Below are positions 46,747 through 55,059 of a DNA stretch of 64,000 nucleotides, in pieces (position 1 is the stretch's first letter; every line of letters starts with the position of its first letter). The stretch comes from Vicinamibacteria bacterium (GTDB taxonomy: Bacteria; Acidobacteriota; Vicinamibacteria; Vicinamibacterales; JAENWD01): NCBI GenBank assembly GCA_963697705.1, contig CAVOPA010000010.1, forward strand, positions 15,818 through 79,817, in the 5' to 3' direction. Under the pieces are notes generated by a model. That model was given only the letters and a program-made list of their open reading frames with translations. It had not been told where the DNA came from and made no database searches. A program made the position numbers and the translations under genes.

Positions 46747-47866
46747 ATGAGCCGATCCAGCAGCGCCTTTGTGCGTCGTGTTCGCGGCAGCCGCGACGTT
46801 CGGGGCCGCGCCGACGACTGAGCTGAAGTCCCTGGTCCCACCCGGGCTGCGGATCGGCGCCGCACTCAACCAGGCTCAGAGCGACGGCAAGGACGCCGCC
46901 GCCGCCGCCATCGTCCTGCGGCAGTTCAACTCGATCAGCCCTGAGAACCTGCTCAAGTGGGAGTCGGTTCACCCGGGACCCGACCGGTTCGATTTCGAAC
47001 CGGCCGACCGGTACGTGGAGTTCGGCCGGACCCAGGGGATGTTCGTCGTGGGCCACGTGCTGTTGTGGCACCAGCAGACGCCCCCCTGGGTCTTCGCCGG
47101 CGAGGGCGGAAAGAAGGCCGATCGTGAGACCCTGCTCGCCCGTCTCCAGAGCCACATCACCGCGGTTGTCGGCCGGTACCGCGGCAAGATCGGCGGGTGG
47201 GACGTCGTCAACGAGGCGCTCGACGAAGACGGGACGCTGCGGCGGACGCCGTGGCTCGAGGCCATCGGCGAGGACTACATCGCCACGGCCTTCGAGTTTG
47301 CGCACGCAGCCGACCCTGACGCCGAGCTCTATTACAACGACTACAACCTGTGGAAGCCGGCGAAGCGGGACGCCGCCGTCAGACTGGTGCAGGGCCTGAA
47401 GGCGAAGGGCCTGCGTGTCGACGGAATCGGTGAACAGGGCCACTGGGGCATCGACGAGCCGCCGCTGACGGCGATCGACGAGGTGCTCGGCGCCATCCGC
47501 GCGTCTGGCACGAGGGCGCTCATCACCGAGCTGGACATCGACGTCCTGCCCCGCGACCCCGACATGTGGGGAGCGGACCTCTCGAAGCAGTCGAAGATCC
47601 GCGCGGCCACCAACATCTACCCGAACGGCCTGCCGGCGGCGATGCAGGAGCGGCTCGCGCGCCGCTACGCGGATCTGTTCAACCTGTTCCTGAAGCACGA
47701 CGTCGGACGCGTGACCTTCTGGGGCGTCACCGACGCCACGTCGTGGCTGCACAATTTCCCGATCCCCGGGCGGGTCAACTACCCACTGCTCTGGGACCGG
47801 GACGGCCGTGAGAAGCCAGCGTTCGAGGCCGTCGCCGCGGTGCTCCGGAAGCACGCCGGGCGCTGA
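46747..47866 (+). CDS. GH10 endo-1,4-beta-xylanase; possible 1-nt insertion in a T-run near 46768
   Basis: WDVVNEA (acid/base Glu) and ITELDI (nucleophile Glu). GAAGG lies 8 nt before the ATG at 46747, giving MSRSSSA. Removing one T at 46768-46770 joins this to LCVVFAAAATFGAAP, a clean signal peptide. The listed ORF starts at TTG 46769. Confidence 0.85.
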
Positions 47867-47877
47867 CCTTCGGGCCG

Positions 47878-48847
47878 CTACGTCAGAATGCCCGCTCCCA
47901 GCGCGAGCAGTCGCAGGCCGTTGCGTTGCGCGCGCTCTGCATCCTCAGTTGCGATTCGCACGACGCGATGTCCGCGCTCTTCGAGCATGGCCACCCACGC
48001 GTCGGCCACCGGCACGGCCCCGACTATGGCCCACCGCTCATCGTGAGACGACGGCGGCCAATCCGAGAGATCGGCGCCGATGATGGCGCCGACCAGGAAC
48101 GCAAGCCGATCGTCAGGCGCGGTGACATCGGCGAGTTGATCCAGGCGCAGTTCGAACAGCGCGCGAGGCAGCCCGACGCGCGCACACGTGCCGGCGCCCG
48201 CCGCGAGGGCAGGACGCGCCAGGTGCGACGGCCATCCCTGGGGCACGGCTTCGGCGATCACGGTCGTGGACTTGACGGCTTCCACGAGCTCGCCTCCGAG
48301 CGAGCTGCGGCTCCAGGCGACTCGCCCATCCCCGTCGACAGTGATGCGCTTCCAGTGCGAGCCGATCGAGACGAGCGTGTCGCCAGGGGCCAGCAGCCCG
48401 CACCCGAGGGCGCCAACGCACAGGGTCTCTTCACCGCGCATCACGTCGGCGAGCGGCGCGGACTGAGTGCCCCGTGTTCGCACGCCAGGGACGATCCAGA
48501 TCCGGCGATCGAGCGGGGCGCCCGCGTCCACGGGCTGAAGACGGCGCGCGAGGTCGTCGATGCCGGCCGGTGCGTCCAGGTGCGGCACGTCGCGAAGGCC
48601 GAGCGACGAGAGGCCCCGGGGACCCGATCATGCCGCTGGCGATCACCGGGCAGCCGGCCGCTCCGCCGTACTTCTCGACGTCTTCGATGATCTCGGCGAG
48701 CGCGGCCTGCAGCCGCGCGTTCGAGCGATCGCGAGCCGTGTCGCGAACGCCGACTGCCGCCCGACGCTCCGCGAGCACCTCGTCGTCGGCCACCAGCCAG
48801 GCGCGGCTATGCGTCGTCCCGACATCGAGGGCGATGAAGCAGGACAT
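47878..48847 (-). CDS. dgoK: 2-dehydro-3-deoxygalactonokinase (DgoK-like); apparent frameshift in a CCCCGGGG run near 48617
   Basis: MSCFIALDVGTTHSRAWLV... (ORF 48431..48847) runs to ..VIASGMIGSP. It continues as GLSSLGLRDVPHLDAPAGIDDLA...GSHWKRI... in the frame of ORF 47878..48588. Confidence 0.7.
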
Positions 48848-49152
48848 CGAGCGATTGTGCCATGACGCAGCGTGGCGTTCGGCCGACGGCCGACCGCAAC
48901 GCGGTGACGCACGGCGGTCGCGGCGGCATGGCCGCGGTGCTTCTTCCCGAGCGCTGGCCCATGTGCTCCCGCTGTACTGGGCGTGCGGTGGAGCAGGGCG
49001 CCCCGTCTCTCCCGTCGTCCGTGGCCCGGCGCCAGCGGTACGGCGTGCGCCTGCGCACGGCGCACGGCGCGCGTGGATCCGCTACGAGTACTGCGGAGGG
49101 TTGATTGAAGGAACTAGTCAGCCTGGCCGGTTTCTCTGCGGAGGCACTGACG

Positions 49153-52100
49153 TCACATCGATTGATGCTGCTCCCCCGGCGCGCGCGCCGAGCCGCGTGC
49201 GAGACGGAACAGCGTTTCCGCCAGCGCCGAGAGATCGACGGGCTTCGGCAGGTGCGCCTGGTATCCGGCTGCGAGCGCGGCTGCTCGATCCTTCGGCAAC
49301 GTGTACGCCGTCACCGCGACTGCCGGAATGCGTGACTCGGCACCGTCTTCGCCGCTTCGCAGTTCCCGGATCAAGGCGTAGCCGTCTTTGCCCGGCATGC
49401 CGATGTCCGCGACTACGACGTCGAATGGCGCCTCACGCAACACCGCGAGCGCCTCGTCAGCACTCTCGACCGTTGTCACAGAGGCGCCCGTGCCCACCAA
49501 TCCCGCGGCGGTGATCTCTCGAGCACCCGGGTCGTCGTCCACCACGAGGACGCGAATGCCGTCGAGCGTAGGAAGGGGCTTGGAGTCGACGGATGGCGAC
49601 GAGACCCACGGGCTCACCGACTGATGGCTCGGCGCTGCCTGGCGGACCGGCAGTTGGACGACGAATCGCGCACCCTGACCGGGTCCGTCACTTTCTGCGT
49701 GAATGGTGCCGCCGTGCAGCTCGACCAGGTGCCGCGTGATGGCAAGCCCCAGGCCGAGCCCGCCATATGCCCGGGTGCTGCTGCTGTCCGCCTGTCTGAA
49801 CCGTTCGAAGATGTGCGGGAGGAAGTTCCGCGGAATCCCGATCCCGTTGTCCGCGACGGTGAACACGATCCCACCGGCGGCGTTCTGCTGCGTCAGAGAC
49901 ACTCGACCACCTGCTGGTGTGAACTTGACGGCGTTCGACAGCAGGTTCCACAGCACTTGCTGGAGCCTCTGCGCATCACACCAGTAGGCGTCACCGGCCG
50001 ATTCCCTTCGCACGTCGAGCGCGATGCTCTTGGCTTCGGCTGCCGGCCGGACGACATTGACTGCGCTATCGATGATCGCTGCCGGCGTGGCGGCGGCCAT
50101 TCGGAGATGCGTTTTTCCAGCGACCATGAGGGACATCTGGAGCAGTTGATCGATCAAATCGGCCTGCATCCGCCCGCTCGTCGCAATGATATTGAGACCC
50201 TGCGGGAGCCGGCCCGGATCGAGCCCGGGACGCCTGAGAATGTCGGCCCATCCCAGGATCGAGTTCAACGGAGTCCGCAGTTCATGCGACACGGTGGCCA
50301 GGAATTCCTCTCTCACGCGGCCCGATTCCTCGGCGACCTGCCGGGCCTTTCGTTCCGCCTCATACGCTCCCGCCCGATCGAGCGCAGCGAGATACTGCGT
50401 GCCCAGGGCCTCGATGAACCGGATCTCATCGTCGCCCGGCGTGAATTGGTTGTCCCAGGCGAACGTCACGGTGCCTCTGAGAACCGTTTCATGAATCAGC
50501 GGTACTGCCACACACGCGGTCAGCCCGCTGATCCGTGCGTCAGCCGCCGAAGCCGGAAATCGCTGTTCCCATTCGCCGGAATTACGGATGACCATGGCCA
50601 TGCCCCGGCGCGCGGCCGCTGTGGACAGCAGCTGATCCGCTGTTCTGTTCCGGGTCGGGTGTCGTTCCGCATCCTTATCCTTGTTCAGCGAGATCGAGGC
50701 GACGATTTCCAACTCGTCAGTCGCCCCCACGCGGGTAATGCCCCCCGTGACGGCGCCCAGGGAGCGCAGTCCGGTCGTCATCACGACATCGGCAATGTCG
50801 GACGCGGTCAGGCTGCGCGAGAACGCAGCCGTGGCGGCCTGCAGACGCTCCGCATGCGACAATAATTTTTCCATGCGCAGCCGGTGCGCGGCTTCCATTT
50901 CACGCGCGCGGCCGGTCTGCTCGTCCGCTTCTGCCCTCGATAACGCAATCGCGCACTGGCCCGCAATCGCGTCGAGAAAGGACGCGTCGTCCGCGTCGAA
51001 CTCGAGCCGGCGTTCGGCCACGAACCCCACGGCGCCGATCACACGGTCCTCGAAGATCAGGGGGAGTGCCACGCAGGAGATCGCGTTGATTTCCTGGAGA
51101 CCCGCGACCAGCGTCGGGAATCGCCGCTTCATCTGCTCGAGATCCTTCACGACCACGGGGCGCCGCGTGCGCACGGCTTCGGTGCTCGGTGTTTCCGCCT
51201 CGAGCCGCACCCGCGCGTTCAGGCGTGCCAGCGTGTCGGCGTACCGGGGCGAGGCCACCAGCTCCAGAACCCCCCACCCCGGAAGGAGCTTGTACAAGGC
51301 ACCCGCCCGGCCACCGAACAGCGCTTCCGCGGCCGATACGAAGGCGTCGGCCACCTCGGGCACGGTGCCGCTCCGCGAGAAGGCGGCGGTGACGTCCTGG
51401 AGATGCTGGAGGTACACGCGTAACCGCTCGGCACGGCTGCGCGCGACCGCTTCCCCCGCACGGCTCCGCTCCGCGGCCTCACACAGCTCCGCACGGCTCC
51501 GCTCCGCGGCTTCATACAGCTCCGCGCGCGCCAGCGCCAGCGTGCATTCCGTCTGCACGGCTTCAACGAAGGCCCACTCGGTGCGCCCGACAGGCACCCT
51601 CGGTCCAGACAACGCCACGAGGCCTATCACCCGATCCTCGATCACCAGCGGCAGCACGAGTGCACAGGTGAACCCCGCGGCCGCCGCGTGCGGAACACTC
51701 TTCGGGTACTGGCGAGTCCACTCCCTCGCGCTGCGAATGACGACTCGCCGGCGGGTGCGGGCGGCGTCCCGGGTCGCGAAGGTGCTGTCAAGCGCCATTC
51801 GCCTCCACCGAAGGTCCGCATCCCGTGTGAGGCCCGCGGAGCACACGCACGTCAAGTCCCCCGTCAGCGAGTCCACCCGGAGAACCGCACCAGTCGTCGC
51901 TCCAACGGCGGAGCTCGCAGCGGCAAGCACGCGCTGCGCCGTGTCTGCCACCATGGTGACAGAGGCCAGCATCGAGCCGATCTCGCGCAGGCGCCGGCCA
52001 TCCCCGTGGAGCACAGCCGCCCGACGGAAGGCGTTCCGGAGCTGACCGACGCCCTCGGTCATCGCGATTGCGCTTAGGGCCAACGTGGCCAACGGCGACA

Positions 52101-52386
52101 GGTGAGCGGATCCTCGCACCACGCCATCGGAAGACGCAGGCCACACAAACCAGCCAACACTCATCAGGGTGATGGCGCAGAGCGCGGGCATCCGGCCGGC
52201 AAGCCATGCAACGAAGAAAGCGGCTGCGTAAAAGATGAGATAGTCGAGCGCGACGCCGAGCCCGGGCGTGAGGAAGATATGAACGATGACGGCGACGAGG
52301 ACCGTCGCGAGCGCGAGGAAATACCGGGCAGGGGCTGAGCTGGCGTCAGCGCCCGCGGTTCGGAACCACGGTTTGAGGGCTGTCAT
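49153..52386 (-). CDS. Membrane-bound multi-GAF hybrid sensor histidine kinase with C-terminal receiver
   Basis: N-terminal TM helices, several GAF-like segments, HisKA FLATVSHELRTPLNSILGW, HATPase (DNGIGIP, GGLGLGLAI), and REC VLVVDDDPG...VVADIGMPGKDG. The start is uncertain: ATG 52386, GTG 52479, or ATG 52531 if there is an indel (see findings). Confidence 0.85.
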   Translation of the reverse strand: MTALKPWFRTAGADASSAPARYFLALATVLVAVIVHIFLTPGLGVALDYLIFYAAAFFVAWLAGRMPALCAITLMSVGWFVWPASSDGVVRGSAHLSPLATLALSAIAMTEGVGQLRNAFRRAAVLHGDGRRLREIGSMLASVTMVADTAQRVLAAASSAVGATTGAVLRVDSLTGDLTCVCSAGLTRDADLRWRRMALDSTFATRDAARTRRRVVIRSAREWTRQYPKSVPHAAAAGFTCALVLPLVIEDRVIGLVALSGPRVPVGRTEWAFVEAVQTECTLALARAELYEAAERSRAELCEAAERSRAGEAVARSRAERLRVYLQHLQDVTAAFSRSGTVPEVADAFVSAAEALFGGRAGALYKLLPGWGVLELVASPRYADTLARLNARVRLEAETPSTEAVRTRRPVVVKDLEQMKRRFPTLVAGLQEINAISCVALPLIFEDRVIGAVGFVAERRLEFDADDASFLDAIAGQCAIALSRAEADEQTGRAREMEAAHRLRMEKLLSHAERLQAATAAFSRSLTASDIADVVMTTGLRSLGAVTGGITRVGATDELEIVASISLNKDKDAERHPTRNRTADQLLSTAAARRGMAMVIRNSGEWEQRFPASAADARISGLTACVAVPLIHETVLRGTVTFAWDNQFTPGDDEIRFIEALGTQYLAALDRAGAYEAERKARQVAEESGRVREEFLATVSHELRTPLNSILGWADILRRPGLDPGRLPQGLNIIATSGRMQADLIDQLLQMSLMVAGKTHLRMAAATPAAIIDSAVNVVRPAAEAKSIALDVRRESAGDAYWCDAQRLQQVLWNLLSNAVKFTPAGGRVSLTQQNAAGGIVFTVADNGIGIPRNFLPHIFERFRQADSSSTRAYGGLGLGLAITRHLVELHGGTIHAESDGPGQGARFVVQLPVRQAAPSHQSVSPWVSSPSVDSKPLPTLDGIRVLVVDDDPGAREITAAGLVGTGASVTTVESADEALAVLREAPFDVVVADIGMPGKDGYALIRELRSGEDGAESRIPAVAVTAYTLPKDRAAALAAGYQAHLPKPVDLSALAETLFRLARGSARAPGEQHQSM

Positions 52387-52521
52387 GTCCTGCAGCGGGA
52401 TGCACTTCGCGCGAGTGCCGGTCCCTGGGGGGCGGAAGACGCGGGCAGAAGACGCGAGTGGTGGTTCGGAATGTATCACTCTTGAGTTGCTGCGGCCGAG
52501 GTTTATTGCGAGCCGGGGGAA

Positions 52522-52565
52522 AGTGGCTCATCAGTTATCTCCTAGTGGCTCATCAGTTATCTCCT
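52522..52565. repeat. Perfect 22-bp tandem duplication (agtggctcatcagttatctcct x2)
   Basis: Identical units at 52522-52543 and 52544-52565. The minus strand of each reads AGGAGATAACTGATGAGCCACT (SD, 7 nt, ATG). Confidence 0.9.
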
Positions 52566-52630
52566 CACCGCCTCACCTCCTGAACCGGGGTCGGGATGAA
52601 TTTCAGAAATTGGCACGCGAGAAGACCCTC

Positions 52631-53494
52631 ATGACCGCGCGGATGCCCGACTGGCTCGATCCGATGGCCGCCACGTTGACCCAGGAGCGCTTCACCGGCC
52701 CCGAGTGGTGGTTCGAGCGCAAGATCGACGGCATTCGGCTCCTCGCCTATAAACATCGGTCGGAGGTGCGGCTGTACTCGCGCAACCGGCTGGCGCAGCA
52801 CTTGCCGCCCCTTGCCGCGGCCATCGCGGCCCTGCCCGCCGACGAGTTGATCCTCGACGGCGAGACGGCCTGGGATGGCTCGGGCACGTATCACCTCTTC
52901 GACATCCTCTGGCTGAACGGGCGGAACGTGACGGCGCTGCCGCTCGAGGAGCGCCGTGCCCTGCTGCTGTCGCTGCCCGTGCGGCCACCGATGCGCGTCA
53001 TCGAGGTGATCGACGACCCTGCGCCGTGGGAGCGGGCGAGGCGCGAGGGCTGGGAGGGCGTCATCGCCAAGCGCCGCGGCACGCCGTACGAGCACCGGCG
53101 ATCGCGGCACTGGCTGAAGATGAAGTGCGAGGCGTCACAGGAATTCGTGGTGGGCGGGTTCACCGACCCGCAAGGAGCACGCGTCGGCCTGGGCGCCCTG
53201 CTCGTCGGCTACTACGACGCACAGGACCTGGTGTTTGCCGGCAAGGTCGGAACCGGCCTCGATACCGCCGGCCTCCTGCACCTCCGCGCGCGCCTGGATC
53301 GCACGACCGTGCCCGTGCCGCCGTTCACGCGCGGCACCGGGCTGCCGAAGGTCCGGGTGCACTGGGTGCGTCCGGAGGTCGTCGTGCAGGTGGCGTTTCT
53401 CGAGTGGACGGTGCACGGCAAACTGCGGCACGGGCGCCTGCTCGGGGTCCGCACCGACAAGAGCGCGCGCGAGGTCGTGCGGGAGACACCATGA
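52631..53494 (+). CDS. ligD: ATP-dependent DNA ligase (LigD ligase domain as a stand-alone protein)
   Basis: ERKIDGIR (KxDG adenylation motif), DGE, WEGVIAKR and HWLKMK motifs, with an OB-fold C-terminus. ATG at 52631; the listed ORF start at 52286 lies inside the kinase gene on the other strand. Confidence 0.85.
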   Translation: MTARMPDWLDPMAATLTQERFTGPEWWFERKIDGIRLLAYKHRSEVRLYSRNRLAQHLPPLAAAIAALPADELILDGETAWDGSGTYHLFDILWLNGRNVTALPLEERRALLLSLPVRPPMRVIEVIDDPAPWERARREGWEGVIAKRRGTPYEHRRSRHWLKMKCEASQEFVVGGFTDPQGARVGLGALLVGYYDAQDLVFAGKVGTGLDTAGLLHLRARLDRTTVPVPPFTRGTGLPKVRVHWVRPEVVVQVAFLEWTVHGKLRHGRLLGVRTDKSAREVVRETP

Positions 53495-54387
53495 TCACCC
53501 ACCCCGAGAAGATCCTCTTTCCGGATGACGGGATCACGAAGGGCGATGTCGCCGCGTACTACGAAGCGCTGGCTCCGGTGATCGTCCCGCACCTGGTCCG
53601 CCGCCCGATCACGATGGAACGGTATCCCTCAGGGATCGGCGAGCAGGGATTCTGGCAGAAGGACGTGTCGAGAGGGTTTCCCGCGTGGCTGCAACGAGTC
53701 GAGGTGCCGAAGAAGGACGGAGTCGTCCATCATCCCCTGGTGACCGACACGCGCTCGCTGCTGTGGATCACGAACCAGAACACGATTACCCAACACGTGT
53801 GGACCTCGCGGACGCCTCGCCTCGAGTACCCGGACCTGTGCGTGTTCGATCTCGATCCGCCGGAGGCCGGTTCCTCCGACGTCCGCGCGGCGGCGATCGA
53901 GCTGCGCGATCTCCTGGCCGAGCTGTCATTGCCGTCGTGGGTCAAGACCTCGGGCTCGAAGGGCTTCCACGTCGTCGTTCCACTCAACGGGCGGACTCAC
54001 ATCGACACGGTGGCCGCGTTCGCGCACGGCGTGGGCGCGCTGCTGGTGCGCCGCGCCGCCGATCGCCTGACCCAGGAATTCAGCAAGGCGGCCCGCCGCG
54101 GCCGCATCTACGTGGACACCGGCAGGAACGGCTACAGCGCGACGTTCGCGGCGCCGTACACCCTCCGCGCCAGGCGTGGTGCGCCGGTCTCGGCGCCGTG
54201 TACGTGGGAGGAACTGGAACGCGGCGACGTGCACCCGGGCTCCTTCACGCTGCGCAACATGACCGAACGCATGGCGGCGGTCGGCGACTTGTGGGCCGGC
54301 CTGCGGCGCCGCGGGCGATCGCTCCGGCAGCCGCTCGAGAAGCTGCGCAAGCAGATCGGAGACGGGCGCGAAACGGCGGAGCCGTGA
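53491..54387 (+). CDS. ligD: LigD polymerase/primase (AEP) domain protein
   Basis: ATGA overlap with the ligase stop. MITHPEKILFPDDGITKGDVAAYYEALAP, DLDP and TSGSKGFHVVVPL are hallmark LigD-Pol motifs. Confidence 0.85.
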   Translation: MITHPEKILFPDDGITKGDVAAYYEALAPVIVPHLVRRPITMERYPSGIGEQGFWQKDVSRGFPAWLQRVEVPKKDGVVHHPLVTDTRSLLWITNQNTITQHVWTSRTPRLEYPDLCVFDLDPPEAGSSDVRAAAIELRDLLAELSLPSWVKTSGSKGFHVVVPLNGRTHIDTVAAFAHGVGALLVRRAADRLTQEFSKAARRGRIYVDTGRNGYSATFAAPYTLRARRGAPVSAPCTWEELERGDVHPGSFTLRNMTERMAAVGDLWAGLRRRGRSLRQPLEKLRKQIGDGRETAEP

Positions 54388-54508
54388 CCCGCGTCCGCGT
54401 CGAACAGCCGAACGCGACAGACGCTCTGGCGTGAGCAGCACGTGGTGTATCGACCGTCGGGTGATCGTGGACCGCCGCGTTGACGCCGCGCCGGATTGCC
54501 GCAGACGG

Positions 54509-54957
54509 TTAAACGCGCAATCCGGACGACACCAGCCCGGCGAGCACTGCGAGCACGGTCGCGGTCTGACGGGGCCGCTTTCGGCACGCGGCGATTCGCG
54601 GATCCGAACGCGCGACTGCGCCCGTGCGGCGATGACCTGCGGAGACGACGTGCAGCCGGTGTGCTGTGGCCCAGCGCCTGACGCGGGGATCAGCGGATCG
54701 AAGCGCCTCCGCATTCGGGCGGTCAGTGACGTGGCCTCGAGCCGCTTCTGCCACTGTTCGACGCCGTTCTCGGCAGATACCACGCCGACGTACCGGCGAT
54801 TGCCGATCTGCGAGTGCGCGACCACCCGCCACGTGGCTCGGCACCCGATGTTCGACTCGACGGTGCCGTATTGTGACTGTCGGTCCGCGCCTCTGGCGGC
54901 GACCAGCGATCGTTTTAGGCGTTCGGTGCAGACGACGTCGGTGAACGAGAGGTGCAA
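54509..54957 (-). CDS. Hypothetical protein (weakly supported ORF, possibly frameshifted)
   Basis: The minus-strand frame from TTG 54957 has high GC3 (~80 percent) and about 37 percent G at codon position 1 over ~80 codons (..GTVESNIGCRATWRVVAHSQIGNRRYVGVVSAENGVEQWQKRLEA..). A hydrophobic end TATVLAVLAGLVSSGLRV-TAA at 54509 is reachable only after a shift near 54560. No family recognised. Confidence 0.3.
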
Positions 54958-55059
54958 CGCCGTATCGCCGCAGTGTCAGTCGAAACATCGTTTCATGAAC
55001 GTCAACCCTTCCGGATCCACCGGCCTGCTCGCGGCGACCACGCGCCTGGAACTCAAACG

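Noticed and set aside
15568-48617. Programmed ribosomal frameshifting as the explanation for the split genes.
   Set aside because: The junctions share no slippery heptamer or downstream structure. They occur in unrelated gene families that are not known to use recoding, and several sit at short homopolymers. Indel error or decay is the simpler explanation.
54388-55059. A Ku gene or LigD phosphoesterase domain hidden in the 670-bp gap after the LigD polymerase gene.
   Set aside because: None of the six frames resembles Ku (no MRAIWKG-type N-terminus or beta-barrel core pattern) or the PE domain (no H-x-H / HYDFRLE-type motif). The only coding-like frame is on the opposite strand and is of unknown family.
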